DNA of 33,814 nt from Octopus bimaculoides (lineage: Eukaryota): assembly GCF_001194135.2 (NCBI RefSeq), contig NC_068983.1, forward strand, positions 53,542,246 to 53,576,059, read 5' to 3'. How positions within the stretch are numbered: position 1 is the first letter of the stretch; each line of letters opens with the position of its first letter. A program made the translations under genes and the position numbers. The notes beneath the pieces were generated by a model. That model had not been told where the DNA came from, did not search any database, and worked only from the letters and a program-made list of their open reading frames with translations. Shown piece by piece: positions 31,259 to 33,814 of the stretch.

Positions 31259-31484
31259 CAGGAAGGACAACAAAAGAAAGAAAGAGACATCGATATTATG
31301 TAAATAGAGGAATTTATCTGTAAAAATATGTAACACTTATTCAGTAGCCATGATAAAATTTTTTACAGAAATTTTCAATTGGCCGGATAACTGAAGAGAT
31401 GTTGGCATGGGCTCCCACTCTGGCATCCGAAACTCAGAATTTTATCATGGCTACTGAATAAGTGTCACATATATTTACAGATAT
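31258..31484 (+). mobile_element. TA-flanked insert with a 45-bp inverted repeat enclosing a hammerhead-like motif; probable Penelope-like relic
   Basis: Arms 31316-31360 / 31438-31482 (43/45); follows (TA)n at 31228-31257. Confidence 0.65.
31386..31446 (+). ncRNA. Minimal type I hammerhead ribozyme-like motif with an intact core
   Basis: Stem I GAUAA/UUAUC; CUGAAGA 31391-31397; stem II GAUGUUGG/CUGGCAUC (8 bp, 3 G-U) with one extra C; GAAA 31429-31432; stem III ACUC-A-GAAU (one C-A mismatch); triplet AUU. Confidence 0.6.
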
Positions 31485-31567
31485 ATACATATATAGTTCA
31501 AAACAGTTTGATTAGGATTCTGTATTACTTAAAATTTCAAAGTCCCTAACGAGGGCCTTTCCTCAGG

Positions 31568-31624
31568 CCAGTGGAAATCTGATTCAATCAAATCCCAATT
31601 CGATTCAATCAGATCTCCAACAGG
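31568..31624. repeat. 57-nt hairpin
   Basis: Arms 31568-31589 / 31602-31624, 19 Watson-Crick pairs, 12-nt loop. Confidence 0.6.
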
Positions 31625-31984
31625 TTAACATGGAATTTCCCAATGACAATGTAAGCTTCATATAATGAAGGTGTCCTTGGCCTGAAGAGTAGCTTACAGT
31701 CTACCCCTCGTCTGGATAATTTACTACTTCCAGGGTTCTGCCAGATATGAAATACATGTAGCCTGGATTTATCCACTCCATTTCCTAATCTTTTAATGTT
31801 TATTCACATCTAAAACCCCTGTTGCTAGCTGTGTGAACCATAAAATTATTTTTTTTCAGTTTATTGCACTTCAATACAGGAAAAATTCACAACCTTCTGT
31901 GCCAATAAACCACTATACACATTAAAATATGATATATATACATATATATATATGGTTTATATGAGTCCATGTAATGTTAGTTTC

Positions 31985-32157
31985 CAATTTTGGAAGAACA
32001 CCAGCAATTTCAGGGATTACAGTGACCCTAGTGTTCAACTGGTACTTATTTTATCGACCCCAAAAGGACAAAAACAAAGGCAACTTTGGTGAAAATTAAA
32101 TTCAGAACATAAAGATGGGGGCAAAATGCCACTATGCATTTCGTCCAGCTCATTGCT
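31985..32157 (-). mobile_element. Degenerate family A SINE
   Basis: gtgttcaactggtacttattttatcgacccc...ttcagaacataaaga. Confidence 0.75.
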
Positions 32158-32527
32158 TTCAATCTATGTAATATGAAAAGAAAATCCCAATCCGTTATAT
32201 CATAACTTAGATAATCCAGGTGTGCTTTATATGATCTATCATGATGATTGATATAATAATCCCACTGGTTATTGGAATGATCATAACTGATTAATAAATG
32301 CAATGCCTATATCTTTAATCTTTTGTCTGTTTTATTTTATACACTACAACAGATAAATGCTTTCTGGAGTTTTTGGATCCACTAGATGTTTTTTTATTTT
32401 GTTTCCTCTCTTTATCTGTTAACCTAGATTTCATATAGAGAGCGAACTCAGGTATTTATCTGGATTTCCTGAATACCCACCACCTTTTCCCAGTACATAT
32501 ACATATATACATACACGCATAAATATA

Positions 32528-33736
32528 CAGGGTGCAATGGGTAAATTGTCACCATTTTATATTTTTAATTTCATGCATGCGCATTGTTTGACTTTGATTT
32601 TGTCGGCTATACAGTATACTAGAGTCAGTTGGGCACCGTCTATGAGAAAAACAGCACCATGATGTAATTTACTCGGCCAGAAATTTGGAAACATTCCAGA
32701 GTGTTTGGGTGTCAATCTGTGGATAGTGCAGAGGATTCAGAAAGAGTAGGATTCAGAAATGGTAATTACAAAGGTACAGAAGCTTGGAAAACTCACTCTG
32801 ATCATTCTGATAAGAAAAGAACTCCTGATCCAGGCCATGATAGACAACGATCCCTCCATGTCAATGAGGTCTATCACCAGTGACATTGGAGTGTCTGAGT
32901 TTCTTATCAGGCAGGGAGTGCATAAAGACATTTGGTATTCCTCATACAAGATGAGAAAGGGCCAATTTTTATCCCAAGCCATCAAGGACAAGAGGAAAGA
33001 CTGTGCTACGAAGCTTTTGAACAAACTCAAGCATCCCCTCCAACTGAACAGGCTTTGGTTTTTCTCAGACAAGAAAAATTTCTGCCAGGATCAGATGGTG
33101 AACACACAGAACAACCGTAGATTTTCCATGTCCCCAAAACATGTACTGAGAGTGATAAAAATCAAACATCTAGTCAACGTCAAGTTGTTTGGAGTGATCA
33201 CTAGTGATGATGACGTTATGCCTCCATTCATCTTCCTACATGACCTGAGACTCAACACAGAGGCCTACATCAAGTGCTTGAAAGAGGAAGTGTTGCCCAG
33301 GGTCAAGAGGGTGGCTACTGGAAGTCCGTATGTATGGCAACAGGACTCTGTACTATGCCACACAAGCAGAACTCAATCATGGCCATCAGACAATTTCTGT
33401 GACAACATCACCCCTAACTACACAGACTGCAACCCCTTTGATTATTATATGTGGGGTGCAGTTGATTGAGAGATCAACAAAACTCCTTGTAACAACAAAG
33501 ATGAACTGAAGGCAACGTTTATGGCAGCATATACCAACTTAAACAAGGAGACCATCCAGAAGAGTTGCAAGAGATTGCAAAGTTGTCTGGAGGCGGTGGT
33601 TGAAGCCAATGGCGATTTTATTGAATAGATTTACTCTTTAGTATTTCAAAGTATGTTTTATGTAATTTTGGTTTATATATATGTTAAAATGAGATGTCAG
33701 TGTTATTTGTTTAGATGACAATTCATTCACCGCATG

Positions 33737-33739
<3 letters not shown>
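32528..33739 (+). mobile_element. Near full-length Tc1/mariner transposon, maT (DD37D)-type, decayed
   Basis: TA plus CAGGGTGCAATGGGTAAATTGTCACC at the 5' end; degenerate 3' TIR 33714-33739 (17/26); transposase inside. Confidence 0.88.
32659..33628 (+). pseudogene. Transposase pseudogene
   Basis: WFFSDKKNF (D1), WQQDS (D2), DCNPFDYYMWG (D3); early TAA 32665-67, N-terminal frameshifts, in-frame TGA 33467-69, then the frame continues to EANGDFIE* (TAG 33626-28). Confidence 0.9.
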
Positions 33740-33784
<45 letters not shown>

Positions 33785-33786
<2 letters not shown>

Positions 33787-33814
33787 TCGTCGTCATTTAA
33801 CGTCCGCTTTCCAT
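33785..33814 (-). mobile_element. Family B 3' end, cut by window edge
   Basis: Reverse complement atggaaagcggacgttaaatgacgacgacga. Confidence 0.85.

Noticed and set aside
32759-33469. 236-aa ORF as a functional transposase
   Set aside because: The N-terminus is out of frame, the catalytic region has deletions, there is a premature TGA, and the 3' TIR is degenerate.

Overview
This is AT-rich, microsatellite-laden eukaryotic DNA with two assembly gaps. The SINE families and repeat landscape look like a coleoid cephalopod, most likely Octopus (inference from recognition, not a search). One host gene is supported. It is on the + strand and shows the last two coding exons (16077-16284 and 20189-20720, joined in frame by a 3904-nt GT-AG intron) of an insulin-receptor-like tyrosine kinase. 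This is best read as a Venus kinase receptor (VKR), ending in a PDZ-type motif (TSV) and followed by a long SINE-free putative 3' UTR. The rest is intron or intergenic DNA packed with mobile elements. These comprise several modular tRNA-derived SINE families (labelled A, C, D here, with tails B and E), two TTAA-flanked piggyBac-type MITE families, three Tc1/mariner relics (including a near full-length maT/DD37D-type copy) and a decayed CR1/Jockey-group LINE fragment. The most unusual signal is a set of type I hammerhead-ribozyme-like motifs in three unrelated short inserts, each next to a (TA)n tract: an inverted pair at 10749-10928, a weaker one at 16805-16846, and one at 31386-31446 inside a 45-bp inverted repeat. 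They point to Penelope-like or retrozyme-like elements. Every copy carries at least one core or stem defect, so activity is not shown. Nearly all ORFs in the supplied track are microsatellite or SINE artefacts. Identities were counted by hand, and repeat boundaries are approximate (about 10 nt) unless a TSD or TIR is quoted.
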